Below, piece by piece: positions 13,100 through 27,235 of a stretch of 64,000 nt of DNA (positions are counted from its first letter, which is position 1; each line of letters starts with the position of its first letter). The DNA is from Tubulanus polymorphus. Taxonomy: Eukaryota > Animalia > Nemertea. The stretch is from the NCBI RefSeq assembly GCF_964204645.1, contig NC_134026.1, positions 3,371,950 to 3,435,949 of the forward strand, given 5' to 3'. The notes under the pieces are model-generated. The model worked only from the letters and a program-made list of their open reading frames with translations. It searched no databases and had not been told where the DNA came from. Made by a program: the position numbers and the translations under genes.

Positions 13100-13740
13100 G
13101 ATTTCTATTCAGCGACGGGTCCGATAACTCCTCCTCTTTTGATTCGCGAAATCCTCGAGTCCTTTTTCCATCAACGAAATCCGGCGCCGTAAGCAGCACC
13201 GTGTACCGGAGCAGCGTACCAGTCACTAACGTCCCGAATTAATTTCACCGTAGTCGAAGTTTCCGGCTGAACGTTTGACGGCGGGTTATATCGCGAATAG
13301 ATCCTTCAAACAACTTAGAAAAAAGCTTCGGCGAACGCAAGAGATGATGATTGTTTGTACAGATCACCAGTTTTACGAGAGAGAATGACGACCCTCTCTC
13401 TCTCTCCTATCGATGTTAAGTATTGATGTCAACTGCGCGCGTGTGTGTTTATGAGTGAGTGAATGCGCGATAAAGTTGACAAGCTGATTTCCGAAGCTGC
13501 AGTAACGCACCTTTCGCGCGCGCCTGATCGCTCGGTGGTGAACGCGAGAGTTAATGCGGCGCGCGATGATTGCCTGGGTGTGTCGATACGTCTGTCTCTA
13601 CGAAACGGTGCAACAATCAATAGCGTTTATCCACCAAAGCGAATCATCCAAATCCACAGGTAATCATTGCGACTTATTGTCCGTCTGATTAAAACCGTAA
13701 TCAAACCCCCGTTTCGTTCACGGCAGGTGTGATGGGTTCG
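13100..13740 (-). promoter_or_regulatory. Putative promoter/5' UTR of the 13055 transcript
   Basis: CpG-dense non-coding DNA (many cgcg) with a (CT)n tract, directly upstream of the ATG exon. Positional inference only. Confidence 0.35.
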
Positions 13741-14398
13741 GAAGGGACACCAAATCAAAACTAATCAGACCAAATCTACCAATCAAATAAATGACAGGGA
13801 CAATCCCTACTTTTAGAAAAAGAAAAAAATACAGAACTGAATACATCCATATTTCAGTTTTTACCGCAGACCAAAGTTACACAGTTACCATATTTCCACA
13901 AGATAATTCTGACAACCTCCCGTAAATACCATCTGCATTGTCTTGTCATCGTCATGGTAACAGTTAACTATATGATAAATACGTCTTGAGTATATTCTGG
14001 TAATTTTCCGCGACAACCCCTCCACCCCCGGTCAGATCAGACAATGGTGACAATGCACGTAAGCGACCGCGTAGTCGCACAAATATGACAGATGAAGACA
14101 GAGGCTGTGATATTCACGGTAATCTGGCAGGCATCGAAGATGATTACACGATGATTACACGAGTATCAGAATGGTAACCACTGATAAAAATCGATAACTC
14201 ACCATCACTGAGTGAACTGAAAGCAGTCAGCACTTCTCACAGGTAAATGACACAAGAAACTTGTCTGAAATAGCACTTGTATTTCACTGCGCGCGCGATT
14301 TAACTAATAAACTTAGTCAACAGCGCCAAACGCCGGTCTCATCATACGCGACGATACCCGACAAATAAGATCGAATCATTGGCGCTCGTTTACCATCG

Positions 14399-14404
14399 GA
14401 GAGA

Positions 14405-14435
<31 letters not shown>

Positions 14436-14436
14436 G
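14399..14436. repeat. (GA)n microsatellite
   Basis: Visible gagagaga run. Confidence 0.9.
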
Positions 14437-14931
14437 AGGCTGGCGTAATTCATCTAGAAACAATGACAATGATTGCCAACGAAACGACTTTAAATGAACC
14501 ATTAATTCTACAACTAAGACTCGCAAATCGCATCTAATTCATCAGCTGTAAATCCCGCAGAATTGACTACGGTGCCCCCGCTGTATTCTGTTGAGTTTAT
14601 ATAATCATTTGTCATTCAGCCTAATTTTCTTTCTTAAGTTACGACCTCAACTATTGTCATTATGAACGAAGATGATTAATATCAGGCAGGTAAGCCGATA
14701 AAAATGTCTTTTTAATGGCGGCTCGACTTCCTCGCGACGAAATCATCTCTACTTAGTAAAAGCAGATAGGATTTGAAGGATGATTTGTGTACGGATCAGT
14801 CTCAAATTCATCATTTCATTGGCCTGAGTCATTCGTGAGTGGTTCGCCTAATAAAATACCTACTATCACATATCACATTAGGTGTCTAATAGTTGTTCAT
14901 TTCCTGAGGGTTGCCAACCGACGATGAGAAT

Positions 14932-14937
14932 TTTATT
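14932..14937 (-). terminator. Candidate polyadenylation signal AATAAA for the 15341 terminal exon
   Basis: tttatt on the plus strand, about 400 nt past the stop codon. Confidence 0.35.
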
Positions 14938-15340
14938 ACTCGCTGACTTATTGGCCGTCGCCGGCGTTCGAAACTATCGGAATAAGCACCTCATTTTTCT
15001 AGCAGGTCACACGAACAGCCGTAGATCACGTGGATTGAATGCCTGACATTCGCGCTTCATCATTAACCGAACAGCTCTGACGAAATTATGTGTCAATTTG
15101 CTACTTTTGGCACCTGTGACTCCTACTTCATCATCACTCCGCGGGCATAGTGAAATATTTTGTCGTCTTCGCAGTTTTCCCAGCACCGATAAACGAGTAC
15201 AGACTGAAACGCGAGTAGAGCTCGCTTTACAGACGCAAATAGAACTAGAAAATGACCGATTTGTAGAAAATGTTCGATTGAAATTTATACAAAAAAATTC
15301 TTCTCGAGAAAATATGTAAAAAGGTTATTCATTTGAGCAA

Positions 15341-17660
15341 TTATATAAAGCACGCAGCAGTTGAAGTACCCTGGTTACTGTAGAGTCTAGAAGCGACGAC
15401 GCGATTATTTGAATATTCGATGTTTATTGGAACGAGTTCATTGAGCAATGGTTCGGTTTGAGTTTCCCTCGTGCTACGGCGCGTGACTTCATTCTCAGCT
15501 TCGTGACATTGAGTCGACTTATCGCAGACGAGATACAAATTCGGGTTCGAAAGCAGCCAACTTTCGAGGTCATGGTCGAAACTAATCGGAAACAACGGCG
15601 ACAGACGTCCGTCGTCGATCTGTAGACCAATATCCGAGCTTCGCTTTTCATCTACAGCCTCCGACGACGACGCAGGACCGACCTCGTTACCGACGTTTCC
15701 CCACGCGTCGCAATTTAGAAAACCTGAATCATATTTCCTCGTTGTCCGCTGCGATGACGACGCATCGTCGATGCTATCATTTTGGTTGTCTAACTGGTCC
15801 ATTTCGATGACGGTGACCGGAGAAAGCGGACTCGGCGATGTCGATAAACCGGACGGCGAGATGCTGAGGGCGCCGATCGATAAAGAACGCGCGTGCAGCG
15901 TATCGGGTAGAATTGTCGACTGTTGAGCCGGAACGACGGCCAAATTCCGCTGCAAACAGATTTCCTGCAGCTCGACGCTCGAACTCGTCTGCTCGCGCAG
16001 TTGATTCCTTTCGACGATAATCGACGGAATCGAAGAAAATGGAAAGCACAATTTCTTCACGTCGTCAGTCGACATTTCGTCGTCGCCTTCGACGACGTCG
16101 GGTATTTTTTTTTCCACCTCATCTAACGTCGAATGAGCTTCGCGAATCGCGGCGTTCAAATGGCCGCCGTAAGAACGGTGCCTTTCGCGATCAAAGCCGT
16201 TCGTTTTCAACAGTTTTCCGTTTCTTCTTCTCGAATAACTATCATTACTCTCGCTCGACGATAGATCGCTTTCCAGTTGGTAGTGCATTTTTTCGCTTCG
16301 GCTTTCGCTGTCCTCTTCGCTGAGCGTGTCGAGATACAGAGGCAGCGAGTTCTGTCGGTGACCGCTGAATTGTTGACGCCTGTTACACTTGGAATCGGTG
16401 CCGACGTGTAGAATCGACGCTTGTCGCTCGAGTATTGATTTCAGCTGTTCGATGCTGTCCTGTTTATCGATCGACGACGATTGAGTACTATCGACGCTCT
16501 GGTCGCCGTCTCCTCTCAAGGCGAGACTGTCTTTATGAAACGACATGATCGTCGCCGATCGTTGGAATTTGCCGCGTCTATGGGAATTATGGCGACTGTG
16601 CACGTCGATCGCGTGCAGCAAGTCGGAACTCGGTTTCGAATTACGTTTCGATAGTTCGTAGTTTTTCAACGACGGCTTTTTGCGAAGTCGCAACGCCGCC
16701 ATTTCTTGCTCGAGCATCGCGATCGCGTCGGCCTGGTGGTGGTGGAACTGATGGTTCCTCTGCTGCGTTCTGTCGAGTCGTCCGGCTTGAACTTTCTCGC
16801 ACCAGTCGCGCACGAAACGCTCGGGCAAGAAACTTTTCGAGCCGCAAAACCCGAGACCCATTAAGATCTCCTCGGCGGCGACGTTACCGTAATTACCGAC
16901 CCCTAACGGAGTCGAAACCGGTGACGAGTAGGAACTCGCTGAACTACTATCAGAACGGATATAGGCCGGTATATTACGATAAACGTGCATCATCTCACGC
17001 TCCAGAGACCGTGAAAACGCGCTACTCTGCAGAGAACTACCAGTCGATAGGCTGCTGTCGTTGCTCTGAAAATTCTTATGCTTATTCCCAGTGAGCTGTT
17101 CCATCAGACTTTTGCGATGTTGCAGATCGGAAACGTTCGTTTTTTTCGAGTACTCAGTCGACGTGTCGGGTTTCTTGTTGAACGTATACTTCACAAAAGG
17201 CAGATCCGTTTCGTCGTCAATTATTAATTCTCGTCGTTTACGAGGCTTCGGCGGAGTTTTATAGTTAAGCTCTCCCATCTTTCGGTGCGACGATTTCACG
17301 GCGTCCTTTTTACTAAACGGCGTTGAATTGACCTGTTGCCTATAGACGTCCATGTCGACGCTTTCCGCCGATTCCGAAGTACCGCCGGAATGATATTTCC
17401 GCGCGCGTTCCGAACTGTCGTCGAAGTTGTCCGAACAAGAGCACGAAACACAACTCGGCGGGGAAAACCCGTTGTCGAAGCTAATCTCCGAGCTACGAGA
17501 CGACGGCCCATCCAATGAATTCGATTTCGACCAATTCAGACTCTCGACTTCCTCGAAAGTCGATACCGATTGCGTACTACTGTTACTGCGACTGGAACGC
17601 TGCCCTTGTCTGTAAGCCCCATCTTCATATCCGTACCGCGATCGGTAATGTCGACGATGG
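15341..17660 (-). CDS. 2.3-kb terminal coding exon (772 aa, Ser-rich) with a KRAP/ITPRID/TESPA1-like motif AEEILMGLGFCGSKSFLPERF
   Basis: The listed ORF start (17515) is only a TTG; the frame stays open up to acceptor cactgtAG at 17662-17661 (phase 2), matching the donor at 29456; TAA stop at 15341. Family resemblance is from recall of the motif, not from a search. Confidence 0.85.
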
Positions 17661-18222
17661 CTACAGTGTAATAAACAGTTAATATTAGTACGTTAGAAAT
17701 CATATATATATATATCCTTTGTTAGCTAGATTGTTAGGACGTAAGCAGACATCATAACCGATTTAAACGAGTAATTTGATCATAATATCATCCGACTGTT
17801 TATATTTTCATACTGCAAGAAATAATTTCATGGACCTTTAAGATAATCATACGGCCGCAGATTATTAACTCAGGCGATGATTGCTATTCAAACATATCAA
17901 TTACTGGTATTTTTAGTTTCGTAAAACATGGCGTATATATTCTCCATTACGGAGCGAAGAACAGTGACAGTTATTTTACGCCACGAATATCGACATGCGC
18001 ATGCAATCTGTTGGATTCGAAATCACGATTCCGTCGACGATCGCGTCGATTCCAATGATGAACTCGTTCAACTCTTTTTCCAGTGAAGTTTGGCATTCAT
18101 TATTGATTTTACGTGATTAACATTATGATTTCTGATGACACTTTATCACATCCTTAACGCTACGATATTCATCGATCAGTAGGGATAATTAATCGCAAGG
18201 GATGAATCCAACGATACATTTG

Positions 18223-18423
18223 AGCCGCGATCACACGGAGATGATTTTACCCGGGCCAAATTGGCTCGGATCGGACCCAGGTCGAATCTGGCCAGGGTCT
18301 AATCAGAGAGCGCATTCACACGTAAACCACTCACTCGATACTAAACAATGCTCAGCTCGGGCCTGGTCCGACTTTTTTGGTCGGACCAACGGCCCGTTCC
18401 CAAACGTTCGTGTGATCGCGGCT
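18223..18423 (+). mobile_element. MITE family A copy, internally deleted
   Basis: Perfect TIR pair agccgcgatcacacg ... cgtgtgatcgcggct. Confidence 0.8.
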
Positions 18424-18806
18424 GTATGGTCCATTAACTTCTACATTTAACATGCTGCATGCAGATCCATATAGATATACAATCACTTCAGAGTATATAT
18501 TGCCTTGAAACAATAGATACAAATGTAAACCTTCAACTCAAAACTGAATAAGGCTATAGCGGCACAACGGCCATTAGAAGGCTCAAGAAGCAGCAGAAGC
18601 AAACATGAAAATGAACTACGTAATCAAATGAGAATAAATAGACGTAATCAAATGGAAAATTCCTGATCAAAGTAAAGTTTAATTGGTTACAGAAAGATGG
18701 GCTGATCCAGACTGGAATTGATATCGGGCAATATGCACCCTCGATTCAATACTAAATCCGCGTTTCGATAATAATCTTTTTAGAATTCCACAATAATAAC
18801 GAAAAC

Positions 18807-18880
18807 GTCCAAAAAATGTTTCCTCGAGCTAGCAGTTTATTCAACGTATAAAACTACTAGCTCAAGGAAACATTTTCGGA
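18807..18880. repeat. Short inverted repeat / miniature foldback element
   Basis: Arms aaaatgtttcctcgagctagcagttt and aaactactagctcaaggaaacatttt. Confidence 0.6.
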
Positions 18881-19533
18881 CTTCATATTTCATATTATTC
18901 ATATTATCGTTGCGAGATTGCGACATTCTCTACAGAAAACAAAACTAAATTTGATACAGTTTTCATTAAATAGCAGATCATCCAGAATGCAGAACCATCA
19001 GAATGCACAGAATACATGGCTGTAATTAGGGGGAGTGTCCGCCACATGGAACAATGGACTGAGTTAAGAGCCTTCAAGTTAGTCAAGGTTTACTGTATAT
19101 CATATCGCATACCATAATTTCATTTTTGCGTCTGAGAAAGTCGCTGGCGACGTTCTCCAATTCGGGATAATAATGAACTTATCTTCGTAGCGTCGTACTT
19201 TCTCTATTATGCAATAAATGAGATCCATTATCGAATCTCAGCCGTAAATCATCGAAGCTGAATTTACAGCGGTTCAGGGCGAAAACATCAAAGACGATAC
19301 GCCGGAGCATGAGTGCATTGACGATGATGATCTTAGGCACGACGAAATGGAATTATGAAGACCCCGAGTCATCGTCGGCCGGTCACAACAACCATCTCAC
19401 CATGTACGGGTAACAGATGAAAACTTATTATTCAAATTCTAACGTGAAGACCTCAAACATAAGACACATCTGAAAACCTGTATCTATTCACTGGACGTTC
19501 TTATGCCCGGAGAGCCTCAGCATGTATCTAGGC

Positions 19534-19727
19534 CAGGGGCAGATACAGGGGGAACTTGTGAGATTTATGTAAGTCCATCAACTATTTTGGATGCCACTTT
19601 TAATTTTGTCAACAAAGATGATCGACACATTTCAGTGAGGGAGTACACCTTATTGCCTTTTTGGTCTCCAAAGTGCCCTTTTGGGATGTGACAAGTCCTT
19701 CAAAATTAGCCCCTGGATACACCCCTG
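19534..19727. mobile_element. MITE family B with CAGGGG-type TIRs
   Basis: caggggcagatacagggg ... cccctggatacacccctg; related half-termini near 22892 and 44670. Confidence 0.6.
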
Positions 19728-20776
19728 AAAATTGCTTGAACTAAGTGCTTCTAAAAAGGTAGTTTAAGACTTATAGCAACAACCTACAATATAACTTGAT
19801 GATGTTGTGCTATTCAGAAGACAACTTGCAGGCTCGAATGTGGAAAAAATGAGACCAGGTTGATACGTGTAATGAACCACCGAATGATTCAGAGGTTGAG
19901 TTTATCGAGGAGGAAAACTTATCATTAAAATAGAAAAAGAACTTTCTGGTGCGTTCGTTGAATGCCAGCGGCAGAAATCTCAAAAGTGAGACATCAATGT
20001 TATACCACAGTAATGAAGCATAAGGATAAATCTTTATAATCGAAAACAGTTTTGACTCATTTTCGGAACAGGTAAATTACTAATGAAAGTACAAACATCT
20101 AATACGAAGAATTTGATTTCCCTGTAAACAGAATGAAGAAGTCAGTGTAGCGCACTGATTTATTTCTGAACAACTAATGGAAAATCGATGTCGTTTGAAA
20201 ACTATTTCGATGCACACAAACTTTCATATCAATTGAGGGAGTGGTCGAAATAATATCATTCTGTGCAGGTAACTTGATGGGTTCGATGCATATCACAAAA
20301 AATTACAGATGTCAATTGTCGCTTTCTTTTCCAGCAACCAGAACATACAGATTGGTATCGAAATCAATGTTCTGCTGATATTCAAGTAGATTCTTTACAG
20401 CTATCTGTGCATCAAGAGATTCCCCATTTTCCCCCTGATTTATAGCGTCAGTGACCAGTCACCCTCCACCATAATCTCGCAGCACTGCGACAGCTATGAT
20501 GGCAAATACGGCAATAACAAGAAATGCCCATTTGAAGGTTAATTGCCCTTCGATCGTAGCTATTATTTACAAGACATCAGTGCTTTGTGCGCTATAAGAT
20601 CCCCGCAGTAAACTTTCCGAATGCACGAACATTCCAGCAATTTCTCTGATTGAAAATTACGTCCCGGCGGCTAAACGACGAAAACAATTACGGGAACCGT
20701 GAATTTCAAGTCTCTACCCGAGATATGACGTACCGTAATACAAAACCTGAATAACCTATGGCAACTCCTTATTATA

Positions 20777-21090
20777 AGCCGCAATCACGAGGAGACGATC
20801 TGGCGCAGATCAAATTGGCCCGGATAAGACCACGATTCGAATTTGGCCCATGCCTAATAAGAGAGCGCATTGACACGTAAACCGCTCACGTCGTATTAAA
20901 CAATGTCGTGACATGTCGGGAGGTTAGTTACGTTAAGAAACGGTTAGCGTTCACAGGCAATAATTTGACCTGCACTAAAATTAGGCATATCACGCACAAA
21001 GAAGACTTAAACTTGAGACTTGTTTTGGTTGGGACAAATTTGGCCCGGTTCAAACGGCACGGGCTTATTTGGCATCCATGTGAACGGTCT
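20777..21090 (+). mobile_element. MITE family A copy, 3' end degenerate
   Basis: Starts agccgcaatcacgaggagacgatctgg; internal gagagcgcattgacacgtaaacc. Confidence 0.7.
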
Positions 21091-24000
21091 GATATCATGA
21101 TATCAGATACGGCTATGTTTGTTCCGTTGACATTGCCGTCCAAGATTTATTTCTAGATCTACTTAAGTGCCTGGAATTTCTAATAAGTGATCCCGAAGCT
21201 ATAAAAACAGCGAATGATAATATACACAGCAGAGCAGCGGACGACGGCGACGCAGGACCAATAACTGCGCGAATTCCACCGTATCATAATGAAATCAATC
21301 CGTACAAGCATTCTAACCCTGCACGCGGCGTTTACAAAAAGGCAAAAATCGACTGCGATTTCCACTTCGGCCCTGATCGACGGTGACATTACTAGAAATG
21401 ACGTAGGATTAATATTAGTGAATGGCCGCTGGGTATTAATCACCCGGGTATCGGCTCGAAAAGGATGTACAATATATCGAATGAACAGCATTAAAATACG
21501 CCGTGGATACAGTCAAAAGTGCATTCTATTTGAAGATACATTTTGCCGTAATCATCGATACTGTTTTATATTGTTGACGATAGCGCTTTAGTTTTCCGAA
21601 CACAGTTTCTTAGGTGCTAACTGGCACTTTCTTCCCTCGAACGAGCGATACCTAAAAGTCTCGAATATGACGGCTGCTAAGGGGCCGAGATATGCGAACG
21701 TAATTACTCGCAAAGCGTTGCGTTCAGTCCACAAAGTAACAATTATCATTTCAACAGAGCCCATCAACGGTCTCCAGTTGACATTTAGCTGGAAGTAACG
21801 AGTAATTAAAAGTACGGCTAATTAACAATAATTTGTTTAGCGTACATTCAGCATCGGAGAGCTTCATCTGGCCCAGATTCACCGAACAAAAGTTTCCTAA
21901 TCCGCAATCCAAGTTCATGTTACCGAGCATTTTGATTTGCAATTTCCATGAATCATTCAACACTGCGCAATAAGAAAATCCAGCTATTGCAGCAGCTCCG
22001 ATCTAACTACGTACGACTATGTAGGGCATTTTCAGTAGGTTTCCAGACAATGTCGTCTTGGATAACTATACAGAACCCTCGAGCCAGTGGATGGTTCTAT
22101 AATCCGTACATAATCCACACAAATTTGAAAAAGAAAAAACTAGAAATGAAATATGTTTTGTGTCATACATATGATTCAGGCTAGAGCACCTACGCAATCA
22201 TAGCCTTTTGTCAATTTTCTCGAGTTTCTTTGTATCGCGTAACAAGTGAATTGTCATGTTGTTAGCTTTTGTGCGAATTGAAAGGTACACCTAGCAGCAT
22301 CATCAACGCCTAGATTGCATCTGTGAAGGGTGTCATCTAATTGTATAGCAGTGATACCGCGCCATGAACACCGAAAAGGCGTTGAATCTACCCAATTCAG
22401 AATGTGGGAAGGGATTTAAACAAGACACGATATTTCATCAATACAATATGCGCGGGACGACCAAAATCCTCGCGCAATCCACTTAGCTAGATTGGATTTT
22501 TATGCGTTTTTTCAGCGAATGGAAATAGAACACTTTACAAAGTTAACAATATATCGGTACAGCATACACTGAAGGAAGGTACAGCATAGACTAGAACAAG
22601 AATCTGTTAGCGTTGAACCTTAAAGCATAACATACCTGTCTTTTCATAACTTTGAGACACTACTGAAACTATTCAACAAAAAGACATCACTCTATTTAGC
22701 CCCGTTCAAAAGCTCGACGCTGGGTTTAGGAGACATGTCAACATAATCATCTTATGGTGACAGATGAAGAAATCGCTTTGCTTTTATCATTCGCAGCAAT
22801 CTACTCTCCATCTCCTCACTCTCAACAATGGAGAAGAGCTTTTATGCATCAAAACCTAGACCAAGCCAGCAATTAATGATGCAAATATTCACAGGGGTGG
22901 ATTTAGAGGGGGAGTTCACTTAAAATTTTTTAAGTTGTCCTTTTTAAGGTAGTAATAAAAAATTCTCAAATCAAGCTGACCTAGGGTACGCGAGCTTACG
23001 TTTCTTGATATTGTGAGAAGCAATCTGCAATGGTAATGCACTCTATTTCCATTATCCATCACATGATAACAGCAAAATGTGCCCGGTTTTCCTCCTGGAC
23101 TCTAGGCCTAGAACGAAATACTCGTCAATCCCAAATGAATTGACTTGCTCTTGAATATAACAATGATATTTGCAAAAATGGCAAATTTCTGGGGGGGGGG
23201 GGAGGGAACTGCCCCCGCTATGTAGAGTCCTGTCAATCTATCACCGCGCACCTCATAATGGTCGGTAAATACAGAAGGTTGAAAATCTGAGCTAATACAA
23301 CCACGACTTATAACCTATAAATGCGCGGTGTTTGTAGTTTCATCAAAACTGTGGTGTCAGTGATTTCTAGCACGGCGGTACACCACGATGACGAAGACTC
23401 ACGCTTCCATGGTGATAACGTCATAAGAGACGGACGACGGCAACACCGATCATATTTGTGTCTGCGTGAAAAGAAATCACTGCCTTCAGCCATAAAAGAT
23501 GATTACAAAGCCTTTGACGACTTATGCGTACAAGACTTAAATGTGTCGACAAACTTCTTTGTCGCACAGAACTGTAACTATAACTGTTAAAACACAAATT
23601 GGCCTACAACCATTCAGAAAAAACTGATCTCTGTTGAAACTGGGTCAGTTGCATCACCAACAAACAGACTTGTTTTGATTCTAAAAATTTCACGGCAACT
23701 TCTTGAAGTGACGACTTGTTGCAACTAGGCCCAAAGTCATTTTGTTTAACATTCTTTTAAGCAAATATTCCATTGCAAGCAAAAGAACTTCATCATTCTT
23801 ATTTCTCGCGAGGTTATCCTAGTTTATAATTGCACATAGATTTTTAAAAGAAGACAAAAGGAACTAACTACGAAGACTTTGAGTCTTTCCGCGACGCAAA
23901 ATTACAGCTCATACGACCATTATTGTACATTCTGCCATAAAAGAAATTCGAAAATTTTAATGAAGAATTTAGCATCAGCGCATACGCACAGCTCCGATAC

Positions 24001-26533
24001 TGCGGGTAATTCAGCCTTTGTAATTTGACAATGATGGCTACAGGCGAAGCAACGGAGTATGACTTAATAAGCATCATTACAAAGTCAAGTTGCAATTTCA
24101 ATGATACTCGTGAACGAAGAATATCCGGTGGCAAAAGACGACTCGCAGTCCACGTGGATCTTTTCGTCAGAAAACTTGGGTCACGTCTAAAGATATCGTC
24201 GAATAATCATCCATATCATACAAACATGAACTGATAGATCAAAGTGGAAGCATCCATCGTGGGATCAATCATATTGATCTATAATGTCATGGAAAGGTGA
24301 AGCAGATGAGAAAAGAAATCCAGAAGGGCATTTGCGAGGTGAAAATAGCTCGATAAAAGGTTATCCGTATGAAACGAGAATCTCACGAAACGTTTGCGCC
24401 CTTGAGGCGAGTTATCGAAACGATGAAGGAAGTGGAGGAAAAATGTGAGTTAGGTAAAGCACGATACGGAAACCTCAAGACGACCAAAGAAGAAAGAGAA
24501 AAATTCAACTACAATTTATACAAGATCGGTGCCCTGCATCGACTGACCTTGTGAATAAGTCATCAAGCTGATTATTAAGAAAGAAAGAGCTTCTTTACAG
24601 AAAGTGAGTGAGATAGCGCAGTACAACAAGTAACGTACATAGCAAACTTTAATTCGCATGAAAAATCAATCACAGCAAACATTGAGGATCAAAATATGAC
24701 AGGAATTACATCATAGACCATTTCAATGCTTCCCAAAACACCACTGGTTGGGGGAGGGGGTGTGACGCGATGTGATACTTAACAATATCGTACCATAGCC
24801 ACTTCACCCAAAACCAGATGTAACATGGGAAATGTTGAGATGGTCTCATGGGAGGGCCACAAACAGTTATCAACACTCACTAGCGATAAGCGTAAGCACT
24901 GCGACGACGCAGCGCTGTGTTGCAAAAAATTGGAGGCAACAAAAACTGTCCGCTTGATTTTGAGGTTTCTGCCATTGTCACTGCCAGTAGAATAATCAGC
25001 GAGAAAAGTCGGCTCAATTCTCGTATCATGGATGTCTATCTAAGATCTTTTCCGTCAAAAACGAAAAGGAAGTCACCCTTAAAAAATTCTAAATGTCAAC
25101 TACGAATCATCAGATCATCAGTCATGATGATAATTGCTACAATAACTTGAAAGGGTAAGAAAATCTATCGCTGCAAAGACAAGAAACTAATGACTCGCTG
25201 TCAATATCCGGTTTAAATCGGGGTAGGTTGATAAATTCTGGATTATATCTCGGAGAGAGAACATTTGAGCTGCCAATCAGGGACCAGTTGAAGGTTATTG
25301 ACGAATAATAACGGCATACAGCCTGGATAACGATCGAATGACCGTCGTACAAAACATCTTCACTCAAACAGCTATGTGCGAAGGTAAAATATTTTCCAAA
25401 AGACGATACAGAATAATGAATTGGTTATAATTTAGCAGCTAACCCGCGACATTTCAGTCGTTATTACTATCAGTGTTGTGGTCAGTTTTAATGATCACCA
25501 TAGCAACGAAGCTCATCAAACACGCGGAAATTTACCTGATGGATTACCCGTGTCGGCTTTTTTATTTGTATTGTCTTTACTATACGATAAATACAGAGAC
25601 CACGTCGTAGCACGGCGTAGACATTGCTTTTCGCCTCATACCAGTCGCCGGTATCAAACTCAGAACACGCAGCTTCCGCTTTTTTCATCATCGACAGAAA
25701 GTGCCCGCTTGAAACCAATCACACCTCGAAGATATCCAATTTGTCGCGTAATCCGTTAAAACAAATCTATCATTTTCGGTGCGCGCACAAATTGATCGCA
25801 ATCGCATCACGACTGTCGATAGCGATTCCGCTCAAAAACGGCCACGAGGGTAGCAGCGCCGAATTCTCAAGACGGGTCGGACGTCCGTTTGTAAAGTTTC
25901 CGACGCTGATTGCCGGTGTAGCGAGCTATTAGCGGCCGGCGTCGTCGAGGAAAAAAGCGTGGTTACATTTATTACCGCGGCGCCCGGCGGTGTATACGGC
26001 TGAGTTATTAATCCCATGTCATTTCATATCTAATCTACGGTCAAGCAATTATTGTTGAGGTGATTATCGGTGCTTGCCGCCAGACGTTCCTTTAATGAAT
26101 GCGAAACAGATGGAAATCAATCAAACACCATTTCATCACAGGTTGTGTACCGAAGAGTTCTATTATTCAGAGATGGAAATCGGCCCCACACACCTTCAGT
26201 CTCATAACCCCGGGAATGAATTACAGGGCTGGCTTACATCCCTGGAGCCTCCCAGTGAGTAATCGTGGTTACTGGGGTTAATATGCCGAAGCCCCGTCCC
26301 TCGATTGCGTAAGCCGGCAACTCCTAGCTTCTTGTCAGATAGAATGGAGTGACTGATCACGTTGATCTCGATAAAATTCCTTTGATTCAAATATAGAATC
26401 AAGATTTTGCAGACTGTGGGAAGACTGTATACTTAGAAAAATGGATTTTCAGATTATGTCATCAATTTTCAAAATCTACAAAAATAAGCTGAGAAGTTGA
26501 GAAGATATCGATTGAGGGAGACAGAAAACAGTT

Positions 26534-26857
26534 CGGTATCACACCAGTTTCAATTGATACGACCTAAATCAGTATCGTACCAGTTTCAATTGATACGACC
26601 TAAATCAGTATCGCACCAGTTTCAATCGATACAACCTAAATCAGTATCGCACCAGTTTCAATTGATACGACCTAAATCAGTATCGCACAAGTTTCAATCG
26701 ATACAACCTAAATCAGTATCGCACCAGTTTCAATTGATACGACCTAAATCAGTATCGCACAAGTTTCAATCGATACAACCTAAATCAGTATCGCACCAGT
26801 TTCAATCGATACAACCTAAATAAGTATCGCACCAGTTTCAATTGATACGACCTAAAT
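26534..26857. repeat. 36-bp minisatellite, about 9 copies
   Basis: Unit cagtatcgcaccagtttcaattgatacgacctaaat with two alternating variants; explains ORF 26497..26823. Confidence 0.95.
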
Positions 26858-26974
26858 TGCATACTTAGTCGCATCTGTAAGGATTCTGTGCAAAAGCTCC
26901 TTTAACTGTGAGTAGTCAAGACGACACACTTGAATGTTTTCATGTTTTCAGAAATGAATTATCCACGAACAACG

Positions 26975-27235
26975 CAATGACACCCTCTAAACATAGAACC
27001 AAGCACGGAACCGATAACACCCTCTAAACATGGCATCAACGACACCCTCTAAACATGGCATCAATGACACCCTCATAACATGGTATCAATGACACACTTC
27101 ATAACATGGCATCAATGACACCCTCATAACGTGGTATCAATGACACACTTCATAACATGGCATCAATGACACCCTCATAACATGGTATCATCAATGACAC
27201 ACTTCATAACATGGCATCAATGACACCCTCATCAC
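26975..27235. repeat. 25/26-bp minisatellite
   Basis: Units tcaatgacaccctcataacatggta and tcaatgacacacttcataacatggca alternate; older diverged copies on the left. Confidence 0.9.

Noticed and set aside
26497-26823. ORF with 12-aa repeats, and the array as a possible CRISPR
   Set aside because: Head-to-tail 36-bp minisatellite with no unique spacers, no cas genes and a eukaryotic context.
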